From an uncultured delta proteobacterium (GTDB lineage Bacteria > Myxococcota_A > Polyangia > Polyangiales > B10-G4), in the NCBI GenBank assembly GCA_963727445.1, contig CAVSGI010000013.1, forward strand, positions 441,601 through 505,600: DNA of 64,000 nt. Reading direction: 5' to 3'. The translations under genes and the position numbers were made by a program. The notes below the pieces were generated by a model. It was not told the origin of the DNA and searched no databases. It saw only the letters and a list, made by a program, of their open reading frames with translations. This document shows, in pieces, positions 1 to 12,207 of the stretch. How positions within the stretch are numbered: the first letter of the stretch is position 1; each line of letters begins with the position of its first letter.

Positions 1-915
1 GCCGATCAAGTCGTGCGCCACGAGGTCCAGGCGCTCTCGGACTACGGGGCCGGCGTTCGCGTGGCCGAGATCACAAGCCTTCCGACCGGCCCGACGCTCG
101 TCGCGGCGCGCCTGCTTCTGGGAGAAGAGACGATTCGCGAGGAGTCGATGAGCGTCACGATCGCGGACCACACCGCGCTCACCTTCGAGATCCTCCGCAA
201 CTGCCCCGAGGGCTCCTGCGCGGATGCGGGCGTCCCCGATGGGAGCGTCGTGAATGACGGCGCCGCGCCAGACGGTGCCGTCGGCGACGCTGGCATCGAC
301 GCGCCCACGTGCACGACCACGACGATGCCGTTGACGGTCCAATCCGACACCGTCCTCCTCGAGTCTTCGTGCAACGGCGCGATCCACGAGGGCGCGTCGC
401 CCGTCTTGAACCTCGGCGACGACAACGCGCACGGCCTGTTCCGATTCACCCTCTCCGGAGAGATGCGTGCGGCGCTCTTCGACGGAAGCGTGTCCGGTGC
501 CCGACTCGTCCTGTTCCGAGCCACCGATTGCTTCGGCGCCTCGTGCCCTGCGGCCGCGGGGACCTTGCACGTCCGACCGATGCGCAGTGATTGGGACGAG
601 GGCACCTCCGCTGACTACTCGGGCGCCGATTGGTGCCGGCGCACCAGCGGCCTGACCCCGCTGCACTGGAGCTCTCCCGGCGCCAGCTCTGCCGGCGTCG
701 ACCGGGGCGCGGAGGCCGGCTCGGCCACGTTCGGAGTGGACGATTCGCCGATCGTCGTCGAGCTCGATTCGAGCGGTCTCGGCGATTGGGCAAACGCGGT
801 CACCGGCGCGCCGCAGCTCACCTTTCAGACCGAGGCCACCGCCGCGTTCGTCGCCGCTGCGCGCGAGAACGAGACCTTCTCGGCGGCTCGCTTCGAGCTC
901 GACGTCTGCCGTTGA
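1..915 (+). CDS. Secreted/lipoprotein, 5'-partial; N-terminal domain shared with 8316-9890, DG-rich linker, C-terminal DNRLRE-like beta domain
   Basis: Frame open from base 1; [20 protein letters not shown]...[12 protein letters not shown] matches the N-terminus of the RCC1 lipoprotein; C-terminal GLFRFTL...ARLVLF...WDEG pattern. Confidence 0.6.
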   Translation, partial: ADQVVRHEVQALSDYGAGVRVAEITSLPTGPTLVAARLLLGEETIREESMSVTIADHTALTFEILRNCPEGSCADAGVPDGSVVNDGAAPDGAVGDAGIDAPTCTTTTMPLTVQSDTVLLESSCNGAIHEGASPVLNLGDDNAHGLFRFTLSGEMRAALFDGSVSGARLVLFRATDCFGASCPAAAGTLHVRPMRSDWDEGTSADYSGADWCRRTSGLTPLHWSSPGASSAGVDRGAEAGSATFGVDDSPIVVELDSSGLGDWANAVTGAPQLTFQTEATAAFVAAARENETFSAARFELDVCR

Positions 916-950
916 GGAGGCGCCCTGGTCGGCGAAGGGCTCCGCGCCAG

Positions 951-2330
951 CTACTTCCGGTCGGCGGGGTGCAGGCCGTGCTTCTTCGCGAGCTTGTGGA
1001 GGTACTTGCGGTCCATGTCCGCTTCGCGCGCGGCGGCGCTGATGTTGCCGTCGTTGCGCTCGAGGAGCCACTCGACGTAGCGCTTCTCGAAGGTGGTCTC
1101 CCACTCGCTCTTGGTGTCGCGGTAGCTCTTGCCCGGCGTGAAGCTCGGCATCCCGCCCGCCTGGTCCTTGGACGGCGCGCCGCCGACCAGCGGGAGCACG
1201 CCGAGGTCGAGCTCGGCCGAGCCCATGGCGCTTGGCGAGGTACGCGGCCGCGCTCCAGCACGTTGCGGAGCTCGCGCACGTTGCCCGGCCAGTCGTGTGC
1301 CGGCGAGCGCCTCCTGAGCGGCTTCGCGAGATGCGGCTCAGCGGTCGGTATCGGGGCCGGCGAGCTGCTTCGATCAGCGCGTCGACGATGAGCGGGATGT
1401 CCTCGCGCCGCTCCCGCAGCGGCGGCAGCTTCGATCGGCACCACCGCCAGCCGGAAGTAGAGGTCCTCGCGGAACTTGCCGCGCTCGACCTCCATCTTGA
1501 GGTTGCGCTTGGTCGCCGCGATCACGCGGATGTCGACCTTGATCTCGCGGTTGCCGCCGACCCGCCGGAACGCGCGCTGCTCGAGCACGCGCAGGAGCTT
1601 CGGCTGCAGATCGAGGGGCAGCTCGCCGATCTCGTCGAGGAAGAGCGTGCCGCCGTTGGCCAGCTCGAAGGCGCCCTGACGCTGCGCGCTCGCGCCGGTG
1701 AACGAGCCCTTCTCGTGACCGAAGAGCTCGCTCTCGATCAGCGAGCCGACCACCGCGCCGCAGTCGACGACGATGAAGGGCTTGTCCTTGCGCGGGCTCG
1801 AGTCGTGGATGCTCTGCGCGAGCACGTCCTTGCCGGTGCCCGTCTCACCGCCGAGGAGCACCGTCGCGTCGGTCGGCCCGAGCCGCTCGAGCAGCCCGAA
1901 GATCTCCCGCATCACGACCGACTTGCCCGACCGCGCTCGCCGAAGTTGTTGGCGTCGCTGGGCAAGAGCTCGATGCGCTCGGCGAAGGGGCGCACCTTGA
2001 GCTCGACCTTGCCGACGGTGATGACCGCGCCGGGCTTGAGGTAGGCCTCGCGGATCTCGGCGCCGTCGAGCAGCGTGCCGTTGGTCGAGCCGAGGTCGCG
2101 CAGCAGATAGCCCTTGGCCTCGCGCACGATCTCGCAGTGGCTGCGCGACACGGTCTGTCGTCGAGCACCATGTCGTTGTCGGCGCTCTTGCCGATCAGGA
2201 ACATCTCCTCTCGATGACGGTCTCGGCGCCGCGCTTGTCTCCGCTGAGGATCACCAGCGCGCATCGCGGGAGCTCGAGGACCTTGCCGCCGGCGTGCTGC
2301 GGTGCCGACCTGGGTGCGGGCGCTGCTCAT
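951..2330 (-). CDS. FHA-domain sigma54-dependent enhancer-binding protein (FHA-AAA+-Fis HTH), frameshifted in this assembly
   Basis: [17 protein letters not shown] (FHA); [48 protein letters not shown] (AAA+); [20 protein letters not shown] (HTH); pieces lie in different frames. Confidence 0.9.
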
Positions 2331-2730
2331 CGCGCCTCCGAGAGGTGGACCCTCACGATGCCGTCGGCGGGCACCTCGAAGGCCCGCTGGACGTGTCGCT
2401 CGAGGTGGTCGGTCCGCGCAGGTCGGCGGCGATCGTCGTAGCGCGCCCGGGTGGAGCTCGACGACGTGTCGCGCACCGGTGCCGGGCGCCCCTTCGGTGA
2501 AGGAGAATCGCGCGCCGGCCGCCTCCTCTCCCTCGACCAGATAGGCGACCCTGGCCTCGGTGATCGATGCGTGATCGCCCCCGAGCGATACGTCGATGCA
2601 TCGCGTCTCGTAGGGCCACCGTTCGAGCAGCTGGGAGCCGATCGGCGACGAAGATGACCACCACCAACAGGGGCGCGAAGCGCCGGCGATTGGCGTCGAA
2701 CCGATCCCAGGTCCGAGACCAAGCGGAGTG
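2327..2730 (-). CDS. Hypothetical membrane-anchored protein, frameshifted, start uncertain
   Basis: Stop overlaps the activator ATG (GGAGGcgcgATGA); hydrophobic FAPLLVVVIFVA segment. Confidence 0.3.
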
Positions 2731-2929
2731 TGCGCTCACGGAGTCCGAGTCTAGTGCACGGTGGCACCGGTACAAGGCGGAGATCCACGGCGAGTGCCAG
2801 CGGTCCGGGTCGGTGGCCCCCGATGTCCTCTGCTTGTGGCGCTACAACCCCAGTGTTAGCTTGTCATCACAGCGAATTCACGAATGACGCGTCCTGTAGT
2901 TAGGCGAAAGCCAGGGTAAGTCGCGAGAC

Positions 2930-5116
<2,187 letters not shown>

Positions 5117-5156
5117 TCGCGCGGGCGCTCGCGGTCGAGCGATCATTTGTGTGCCC

Positions 5157-5307
5157 GCCCGTGCGCGAGGGCCCCGAGGGGCATCGGAGCGGTCGGGGAG
5201 ATGTCGATGACAATTGACCACACAGCCGCGCGCACCGCGGAACGAACGCGCGCTCCCACCCCCCGCCCTACGACCGCCTCAACCCCTCGGGGCCCTCGCG
5301 CACGGGC
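5157..5307. repeat. REP/MITE-like element with perfect 25-bp inverted arms
   Basis: gcccgtgcgcgagggccccgagggg (5157-5181) is the reverse complement of 5283-5307; 5262-5304 recurs inverted at 7410-7452. Confidence 0.8.
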
Positions 5308-5465
5308 TGGAGTGGATCCGCCTCGCAACTCGCCAGCCGCGTGGCTGATGAGCCGGCCTCCCCCATACTCGAGGAGCGCTCATGGCAGCGAAGAAGGTCA
5401 GCCATCGAACGTCCTCGGCTCAGCCGATTTTCTGTTCGAGCTGAAGCACACGGCGCACCAGCCCG

Positions 5466-5579
5466 GACGGCACCGCGGTCAACGTCTTCCAGTTCACGGT
5501 CGGCGACGTCAGCAAGCTCAAGTCGCTGATGCGCGTGATCCGCGGGCTGGACGGCGTGATGGATGTCGAGCGCGTCTGA
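5466..5579 (+). pseudogene. Duplicated 3' end of rel (last 37 codons of the ACT domain)
   Basis: DGTAVNVFQFTVGDVSKLKSLMRVIRGLDGVMDVERV* matches 5000-5116; in-frame stop at 5442 upstream and no start codon. Confidence 0.85.
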
Positions 5580-5641
5580 GCTGCGTCTAGCGCCTGTCGA
5601 TCTCCGCCCGACCCCGTTACGCTCCGCCCGGGAGACGAGAG

Positions 5642-6154
5642 ATGGGCAAAGAGAGATTTCGAATGGGCCGGCTCGATCACGTGCACATCCGCGTGCCGGA
5701 CCGGGAAGCTGCTGCGCGGTGGTACGCCGAGCACCTCGGGTTCGAGCCCGTCGAGAGGTTCGACTTCTGGGCCAAGGGCTTCGAGGGTGGGCCGCTCCAG
5801 ATCTCAGCGGACGGCGGGCGGACCATGCTCGCCTTGTTCGAAGCGAGCGAGGGGCACCCGATGGTCCCGCAGAAGACGGGGATCGCTTTCAGCGTGCGCG
5901 CGGAAGACTTCATGGCCTTCGCCCGTTCGCTTCCGAACGGGATCCACAGCCCGTCGGGCCAGCCCCTTCAGATCGGGGACATCGTCGACTTCGACATGTG
6001 CTGGGCCTATGACCTGACCGACCCCTGGGGCAATCAATACGAGATCAACTGCTACGAGTATGACCGTGTCGCAACGGAGCTCATCGCGGCGGAGTGCGTC
6101 GAACCGGTCCGCTACTGGCCGCGCGAGGTGTACGAGCGCTTCCGACAGCGGTAG
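5642..6154 (+). CDS. VOC/glyoxalase family protein
   Basis: RLDHVHIRVPDREAAARWYAEHLGF and DPWGNQYEI motifs. Confidence 0.85.
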   Translation: MGKERFRMGRLDHVHIRVPDREAAARWYAEHLGFEPVERFDFWAKGFEGGPLQISADGGRTMLALFEASEGHPMVPQKTGIAFSVRAEDFMAFARSLPNGIHSPSGQPLQIGDIVDFDMCWAYDLTDPWGNQYEINCYEYDRVATELIAAECVEPVRYWPREVYERFRQR

Positions 6155-6261
6155 TGCAGCGGACGGGGACTGCAGCGGACGGGGACGGTCTACACTTTTC
6201 AACTTTCCGCTCCCTCCCCTCCGCAAACGCACTCGGACGGGAACCGTCTACACTCTTCAAC
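6155..6261. repeat. Intergenic tandem 16-mer plus imperfect 27-bp direct repeat
   Basis: tgcagcggacggggac twice (6155-6186); ggacggggacggtctacacttttcaac (6177-6203) vs ggacgggaaccgtctacactcttcaac (6235-6261). Confidence 0.7.
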
Positions 6262-6410
6262 CGACGCGATCTGTCCTCTGCGTGACCGCCCACACACCAG
6301 GACCCCGAGGGACCCTCTTGTGCGACAGGGCATGCGTCTCGAGCTGCGACGCCCTGACGTGATGGACGCCAATCGCGCGTGGTTCTACCCTCGGCGCCCG
6401 GAGGCGATGG

Positions 6411-7370
6411 ATGAAACGACGGTCGATCGTGATGGCGCTCTTCGCGCTGGTCGCGCTCGCGGGATGCGCGGGTGACGAGGTGGTGGGGAGCCGGAGTGAG
6501 GCGATCCTCAACGGAACGCCGTGGGACGGGGACGCGATTGGATTCGCGTACGGTCCGATGGCGGGCTGCACCGTCACTGGCGTGTTTCTGACGCCGCGAC
6601 ACTTCCTGATCGGCGGGTGCTTCGATGACTCCGATCTGGTGGTCTTCATCCGAGACGGGAGCGGCATGCCCATGCCCGTCGGGACCGTCGTCGACACCCT
6701 GGTCGGCCCCGTGATCACCGGCGCCAGTCCCACCCCGGGCAATGCGCGCATCCTGGTGTTGGACGCCGACACCCCCATCACCATGCCGGCGCGCCTCGCC
6801 GACGCGGCGCCGACGATGGACGACGCAGTCACGCTGGTGGGATTCGGAGACGAAGGCGGGGGCAGCTCCGGCCAAGCCACCGTCGGCGACTTCACGGTGA
6901 CGAGCGTGACCGACATGGACGCCCAGTTCACCATGGACCCCGTGGGCGACGTTCGGGCGTGCCTCAGCGACGTCGCCGTCTTCAACGGCGCCGGCGAGCT
7001 CACCGGAATCACGTACGCCGGCACCCCGGACTCGACCTCGGGCTGCTTCTCCACCAGCACCGCCTTCTCCATCGCGGGCATCCGCGACTTCATCGACACC
7101 TCGCTCGCCATGCCGCTGCCCGGCGACGCTGGAACGACGGACGGTGGCGACGACGGAGGCGTCGTGCCCGACGCCGCGGCAGGCGATGCAGCCGCGGGCG
7201 ATAGCGGCGCAACCGACGGTGGCACCAGCAGCGGCAGCGGCGACGACGGCGGCTGCGGCTGCGACAACGTCGGTCGGGGGCCCACCGCGCACCTCGGCTG
7301 GCTCGTGCTCGGCGCGCTCTTCCTCTACCGCCGGCGACGCACAATAGCCGCGTCATCTCACAATTCCTGA
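6411..7370 (+). CDS. Trypsin-fold lipoprotein with degenerate active site and MYXO-CTERM tail
   Basis: Lipobox LAGC; EAILNG, CTVTGVFLTPRHFL, VTLVGFG; C-terminal DDGGCGC...WLVLGALFLYRRRR. Confidence 0.65.
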   Translation: MKRRSIVMALFALVALAGCAGDEVVGSRSEAILNGTPWDGDAIGFAYGPMAGCTVTGVFLTPRHFLIGGCFDDSDLVVFIRDGSGMPMPVGTVVDTLVGPVITGASPTPGNARILVLDADTPITMPARLADAAPTMDDAVTLVGFGDEGGGSSGQATVGDFTVTSVTDMDAQFTMDPVGDVRACLSDVAVFNGAGELTGITYAGTPDSTSGCFSTSTAFSIAGIRDFIDTSLAMPLPGDAGTTDGGDDGGVVPDAAAGDAAAGDSGATDGGTSSGSGDDGGCGCDNVGRGPTAHLGWLVLGALFLYRRRRTIAASSHNS

Positions 7371-7409
7371 ACGTCGGCGTCATCGTGACGGTCTCGATCC
7401 ACACGAGGT

Positions 7410-7490
7410 CGTGCGGGAGGGCCCCGAGGGGTTGAGGCGGTCGTAGGGCGGGCGGGACCCTCCCGTGCGACCGGGCATGCGTCACGCGCG
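7410..7490. repeat. Second copy of the REP-like family
   Basis: 7410-7452 is the reverse complement of 5262-5304 with 1 mismatch; the distal part (gggaccctc..gtgcgac.gggcatgcgtc) resembles ~6309-6338. Confidence 0.75.
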
Positions 7491-7558
7491 AATAGACGCG
7501 CGAACCGAAACGTTGTCCAACGTGGCGAAGCCGCCGAATCCGCCCTAAGGTCCCCCGC

Positions 7559-8263
7559 ATGCAACCCGTCCCGAGAACACGCACCGGCCCCACCCCGGGC
7601 AGCTACGGCAGCCAGCAGGTCGCCACCGGCTTGATGAGCCAGGTCTACTGGTGGATGAGCGTCGGCCTCGGCCTCACCGGGCTCATCGCCTACGCCGTCT
7701 CCCACGTCCCGCCGCTGACCGAGCTGATCTTCGGCTCGCCCATCCTCTTCTACGGGCTGCTCATCGGCGAGCTCGCGATGGTGTGGTTCCTCTCGGCGCG
7801 CGTGACCCGCATGTCCCCCGCCAGCGCCATCGCCGCGTTCATGGCCTACTCGGGGCTCAACGGGCTGACACTCGCGGTCGTCTTCCTCGTCTACACGGAG
7901 GCGTCCGTCGCCTCGACCTTCTTCATCACCGCCGGGACCTTCGGTGCGATGGCCGCCTACGGCACGCTCACCAAGAAGGATCTCTCCGGCTGGGGCTCGT
8001 TCCTCTTCATGGGTCTCATCGGCGTCATCATCGCGATGGTGGTGAACATCTTCCTGCAGAGCTCGATGCTCTACTGGGGCATCACCATCTTCGGCGTCCT
8101 GATCTTCACGGGCCTGACCGCCTACGACGCGCAGCGCATTCGTTCCATGGCGATGAACAACCCGGGCATGCCCAACCTCGCCATCTTCGGCGCGCTGATC
8201 CTCTACCTCGACTTCGTCAACCTCTTCCTGATGCTCCTGCGCCTCCTCGGCAACCGGCGCTGA
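7559..8263 (+). CDS. Bax inhibitor-1/YccA family membrane protein
   Basis: Multiple TM helices; TKKDLSGWGSFLFMGLIG, TAYDAQRI, GALILYLDFVNLFLMLLRLLG. Confidence 0.92.
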   Translation: MQPVPRTRTGPTPGSYGSQQVATGLMSQVYWWMSVGLGLTGLIAYAVSHVPPLTELIFGSPILFYGLLIGELAMVWFLSARVTRMSPASAIAAFMAYSGLNGLTLAVVFLVYTEASVASTFFITAGTFGAMAAYGTLTKKDLSGWGSFLFMGLIGVIIAMVVNIFLQSSMLYWGITIFGVLIFTGLTAYDAQRIRSMAMNNPGMPNLAIFGALILYLDFVNLFLMLLRLLGNRR

Positions 8264-8315
8264 AGGACCCGTTCATCTGGCAAAGAAGGGTCGCGAGCGA
8301 CTATCCTTCCGGGTA

Positions 8316-9890
8316 GTGGTCGCCCGGCTCGCGCTCTCCTCGTTCGCGCTCTTCGTCACGGCAGCCCTCTTTTCGTGCTCGGGCTCGGACACGTTGCTCC
8401 TGATCGACGTCCGAACCGACTACCAGCAGGTGACGGAGTTCGACGCGATCGAGATCGTCGTCGCCGAGCGTGTCGTGCGCCACGACGCCGAGGCCCTCTC
8501 GGACTACACCGCGGGCGTCCGCGTCGCCGAGATCGAGGGGCTCACCCCGGGTCCGACGGTGGTCGCGGCGCGCCTGCTCCTCGGCGATACGGTCGTCCGC
8601 GAGGTCTCGCGGAGCACGACCGTCGGTGACCGCACCGCGGTCGTGATCGAGATCCTCCGCGACTGTTTGACGGGCTCGTGCGATCCCGACGGCGGCATGC
8701 CGGACGGCAGCGTCGATGGGGCGTCGGGCGACGCGACCATGGACGGCACCACGACGATGGACGGCAGCGCCAGCGACGCGACGATGGACGCCACGGGAGC
8801 CACGACAGGCTGGACCATGCTCGACGGCGGCGAGTACCACACCTGCGGCATCCGCGACGACCGGGCCTACTGCTGGGGCCTCAACCTCGATGGCCAGCTC
8901 GGGAACGGCACCAACACCGCGAGCTCGTACCCGACTGCCGTAGTGGGCCTCCCCGACGCCCCCGTGACCTCCATCTCGGCGGGGGGCGGGCACTCCTGCG
9001 CGGTCGTGACCGGCGCCGTCTACTGCTGGGGCAAGGGCGGAGCGGGACAGCTCGGCGATGGGACCTCCCGGCCGAGCACGCGCGCGGTGGCGGTCGTCGG
9101 GATCCCCGACGGCGCGGCCGTCGGGGTCTCCGCCGGAGAGGGCTTCACCTGCGCGCGCACCGCCTCGAAGCTGTACTGCTGGGGCGTCGACTCGACTGGT
9201 CAGCTCGGCAACGACACCGGCGGGTCGAGCGACACCGCCGTGGAGGTCGTCGGACCGTGGGGGGCGAGCGCACGGCCCAGTGACGTGAGCGCCGGCGCAG
9301 ATCACGCCTGCGCCGTCGTCGATGATCAGGGTTACTGCTGGGGCCACAACGATCACGACTCCGCGCTCGGCGCCGGCTCGGGCTTCACCGTGAGCCAGGT
9401 CCCGCTCTCCCAGGGCACGCGCCGCCTCTCCCGCATCTGCATCGCCGGATGGCATGGGTGCAGCCTCTCCGGCGGCGCGGTGTTCTGCTGGGGATGGGGT
9501 CAGGACGGAATGCTCGGTGACGGACGCAACACCGACTCGTCGACGCCGCTCGCGGTGCCGGACCTGGCGAGCTCGGTGGATGCGCTCGACTGCGGCGGCG
9601 CGGCGACGCCGCTCGACGCTACCTGCGCCATTCGCGCCGGCCACGTGTGGTGTTGGGGGAGCAACGAGCACGGTCGGCTCGGCCAGGACCCCGCCGCGGC
9701 CTCGTACAGCATTCCGGTCGAGGTGCCCGGCATCACCAACGCCACCTCGCTCGCGGTCGGCTTCTGGCACACCTGCGCCATCCTCGCGGACGAGACCGCC
9801 TGGTGCTGGGGACGGGGCGACCAGGGACAGCTCGGCAACGGAACGATGGCGGACTCGACGTCGCCGGTGCCGGTGATGGAAGCTCCCTGA
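8316..9890 (+). CDS. RCC1/BLIP-II repeat lipoprotein
   Basis: Lipobox LFSC; about seven HTC/HSC...CWG..GQLG repeats. Confidence 0.9.
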   Translation: MVARLALSSFALFVTAALFSCSGSDTLLLIDVRTDYQQVTEFDAIEIVVAERVVRHDAEALSDYTAGVRVAEIEGLTPGPTVVAARLLLGDTVVREVSRSTTVGDRTAVVIEILRDCLTGSCDPDGGMPDGSVDGASGDATMDGTTTMDGSASDATMDATGATTGWTMLDGGEYHTCGIRDDRAYCWGLNLDGQLGNGTNTASSYPTAVVGLPDAPVTSISAGGGHSCAVVTGAVYCWGKGGAGQLGDGTSRPSTRAVAVVGIPDGAAVGVSAGEGFTCARTASKLYCWGVDSTGQLGNDTGGSSDTAVEVVGPWGASARPSDVSAGADHACAVVDDQGYCWGHNDHDSALGAGSGFTVSQVPLSQGTRRLSRICIAGWHGCSLSGGAVFCWGWGQDGMLGDGRNTDSSTPLAVPDLASSVDALDCGGAATPLDATCAIRAGHVWCWGSNEHGRLGQDPAAASYSIPVEVPGITNATSLAVGFWHTCAILADETAWCWGRGDQGQLGNGTMADSTSPVPVMEAP

Positions 9891-9982
9891 CGAAGACTTC
9901 ATCATGGCCATTGGCCAGCGCTATGGCTGGCATAGAAACCAAATTCTAGTCACATAGCTCCGCGAGACCCACGCTGGGTCTC

Positions 9983-11101
9983 ATGGCAGCACGTACCTCC
10001 TTCGGTCGATCGTTCCTGGTCATCTCCGTCCTCCTCGGGCTCGCGGGCTGTGCCGCGACGCACGGAGACCCCGGCGAGCTCTGGGCACCCGGAACCGAGA
10101 CGGGGAGCCCACCGATCGTCACACCCGGCGCTGTGCCGGCGTCCCTCGAGGGGTGCCTCGAGGCGGGCGGTGAGCTCCTGGAGCTCGACTCGGTGAGCAA
10201 CAACGACCGCGAGGACCACGGCGAGCTACTCACCTTCGGCATCTCCCCCGAGGGCCTGCTCGCCGCCGCGGGCGCCGACGGCACGCTGAAGTTCTGGACG
10301 CTCGACGCAGAGCTCCTCGCCACCGTCGATGGCAGCGCGTTGGTCTACGGCGTCGAGGCGGGGCGCACGCCCATCACCGATCTGGCGTTCTACGAAGAGG
10401 CGGCCATCGTGGGCGACGTCCGCGGGCTCGTCTCGCACATGGATGCCGAGGGCGCCTTCTGGCCCGTCGGTGGAACCACGCCCGACGTTCCGATCCGCAG
10501 CGTCGCCGTCCACGCGGCGACGGCGCGCTATGCGCACGCGCAGGTGGGCCCGGACCTGGTCCCCCTCGTGGTTCGCGCGATCCCCGGCACGGAGGGCGAC
10601 GGGGAGGTCTTCGAGATCGAGCCCACGATCGTCACCGAGCCGAACGACCTCGCCTTCGCGCCGGGCGGCGAGCTCGTGGTGGTCGGCGGCCCGATGGCGG
10701 AGATCGAGATCCACGACGCCGCCGACCCGCGCACCGTCCTTCGCAGCGTGGGCTTTCACGGCAGTGTCCCCATCCGCGAGGTCGCGCTCTCCGCGCGCGG
10801 CGGCGTCGGGGTCGCCGTCTCCGAGGACTACCTCTACGTGCTGCGCGAGCTCGAGGCCTGGCGCGAGATCTGGATCCCGGAGCACCAGGGCCGAAGCGTG
10901 GACGTGACGCCAGGCGGCGCCGTGGCCTTCTCGGTCGGCGCCGACGGCATGCTGCTGTCGCACTGGACCGAAGACGGAAGCGAGGCGGCGCGTGCGCCGG
11001 TGGCCGATCCCATCACGGTTCGCGTCGACCCGAGCGGCGCGCTCGTGATCGTGGGGTCCCGCGACGCGACGATCCACGTGTTCGGCTGCACCGCGCCCTG
11101 A
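9983..11101 (+). CDS. WD40/beta-propeller lipoprotein
   Basis: Lipobox LAGC; SPEGLLAAAGADGTLKFW, DPSGALVIVGSRDATIHVF. Confidence 0.75.
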   Translation: MAARTSFGRSFLVISVLLGLAGCAATHGDPGELWAPGTETGSPPIVTPGAVPASLEGCLEAGGELLELDSVSNNDREDHGELLTFGISPEGLLAAAGADGTLKFWTLDAELLATVDGSALVYGVEAGRTPITDLAFYEEAAIVGDVRGLVSHMDAEGAFWPVGGTTPDVPIRSVAVHAATARYAHAQVGPDLVPLVVRAIPGTEGDGEVFEIEPTIVTEPNDLAFAPGGELVVVGGPMAEIEIHDAADPRTVLRSVGFHGSVPIREVALSARGGVGVAVSEDYLYVLRELEAWREIWIPEHQGRSVDVTPGGAVAFSVGADGMLLSHWTEDGSEAARAPVADPITVRVDPSGALVIVGSRDATIHVFGCTAP

Positions 11102-11199
11102 GGCCGGTTGACGTCCGGCGCTGAATAATCGTAGGAGGCCTTTCGTCCATGGCCCACCCCTCACGAGGGACGGGTGCGCGCGGAGCTGGGAGGCGGAAA

Positions 11200-12132
11200 A
11201 TGAAGATGGGTGGGAAGATCGCGCTGGCGCTCGGCGCCGTGGCGTTGGTGACCTTCGGAGCGGCGCGTGCGGAGGCGCAGCGCTCCAATTTCGGGACGAT
11301 CGACCTGACGCCCGGCTTCGTCCCGGATCCGCACGTGGTCGAGGGCAGGAGCGGCGGTGAGACCAACGCCAACACGCTGAGCGAGAACTGCCGTGGATGG
11401 ATCTCGTCGACCCCCGATCACATCCTTCAGGTCCACGGCCGCTTCAACTGGCTGCGCATCTTCGCCCAGTCGACGGGGGACACGACGCTGGTGATCCAGA
11501 ACGCGCGCGGCCGCGTCCTGTGCGACGACGACACCTTCGACCGCAACCCCGCGATCGAGGGCGACCTCCCCGAGGGCACGTACCGCATCTGGATCGGCAG
11601 CTACTCGCATGGCGAGACGCTGCCCTACCAGCTGAAGTTCACCGAGCTTCGGAGCGTGACGCCGAGCTCGCGCGCCGAGACCCCGGTCCCACCACAAACC
11701 GGGCCGAGCGATGCAAATCGCGGCCTGCAGATCGACGCCACGCAAGGCAACTTCGAAGCCGTCAACCTCCGCTCCGGCTTCACCCCCGACCCGGCGCGCA
11801 AGACGGGTGTCTCCGGCGGCCAGCTCGACGCGTCGCATCTGGGCAACGGCTGTCGCGGTTGGATCGCGGGACGGCCCGATCACATCCTGCGCCTCACGAG
11901 CAACTTCAACTTCTTCCGCATCTTCGTGACGAGCGACTCGGACACGACGCTGGTGGTGCGTCTGCCCAATGGGCGCTTCGTGTGCAACGACGACGCGAAC
12001 AACCTCAACCCCGCGATCAGCCGAAACCGCTGGCGGCGAGGGCTCTATCGTGTGTGGGTGGGCAGCTACTCTGAAGGTGACAACAGCCAGTACAACATCG
12101 GCTTCACCGAGCTGCAGAGCGTCACCGAATAG
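11200..12132 (+). CDS. Secreted protein with two tandem PPC-like domains
   Basis: Signal peptide; two copies of GFxPDP...SGG...CRGWI...PDHIL...DTTLV...C(D/N)DD...NPAI...YR(I/V)W(I/V)GSY. Confidence 0.75.
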   Translation: MKMGGKIALALGAVALVTFGAARAEAQRSNFGTIDLTPGFVPDPHVVEGRSGGETNANTLSENCRGWISSTPDHILQVHGRFNWLRIFAQSTGDTTLVIQNARGRVLCDDDTFDRNPAIEGDLPEGTYRIWIGSYSHGETLPYQLKFTELRSVTPSSRAETPVPPQTGPSDANRGLQIDATQGNFEAVNLRSGFTPDPARKTGVSGGQLDASHLGNGCRGWIAGRPDHILRLTSNFNFFRIFVTSDSDTTLVVRLPNGRFVCNDDANNLNPAISRNRWRRGLYRVWVGSYSEGDNSQYNIGFTELQSVTE

Positions 12133-12207
12133 AGTGCGCAGGCGCGCGGAGTAGAACGCCGTTCATTCCGTGCAGCCTCCGGGGGCGCGTGGCAGGCTCG
12201 TCGGCCC

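Noticed and set aside
2840..2929. Riboswitch upstream of rel (ggcGAAAgcc hairpin)
   Set aside because: Only a 3-bp stem; no aptamer consensus recognisable.
6155..6261. Mini CRISPR array
   Set aside because: Only two imperfect 27-bp units, with no leader or cas genes.
9964..9982. 8-bp hairpin abutting the WD40 gene start
   Set aside because: Single short dyad that could arise by chance; no supporting second copy.
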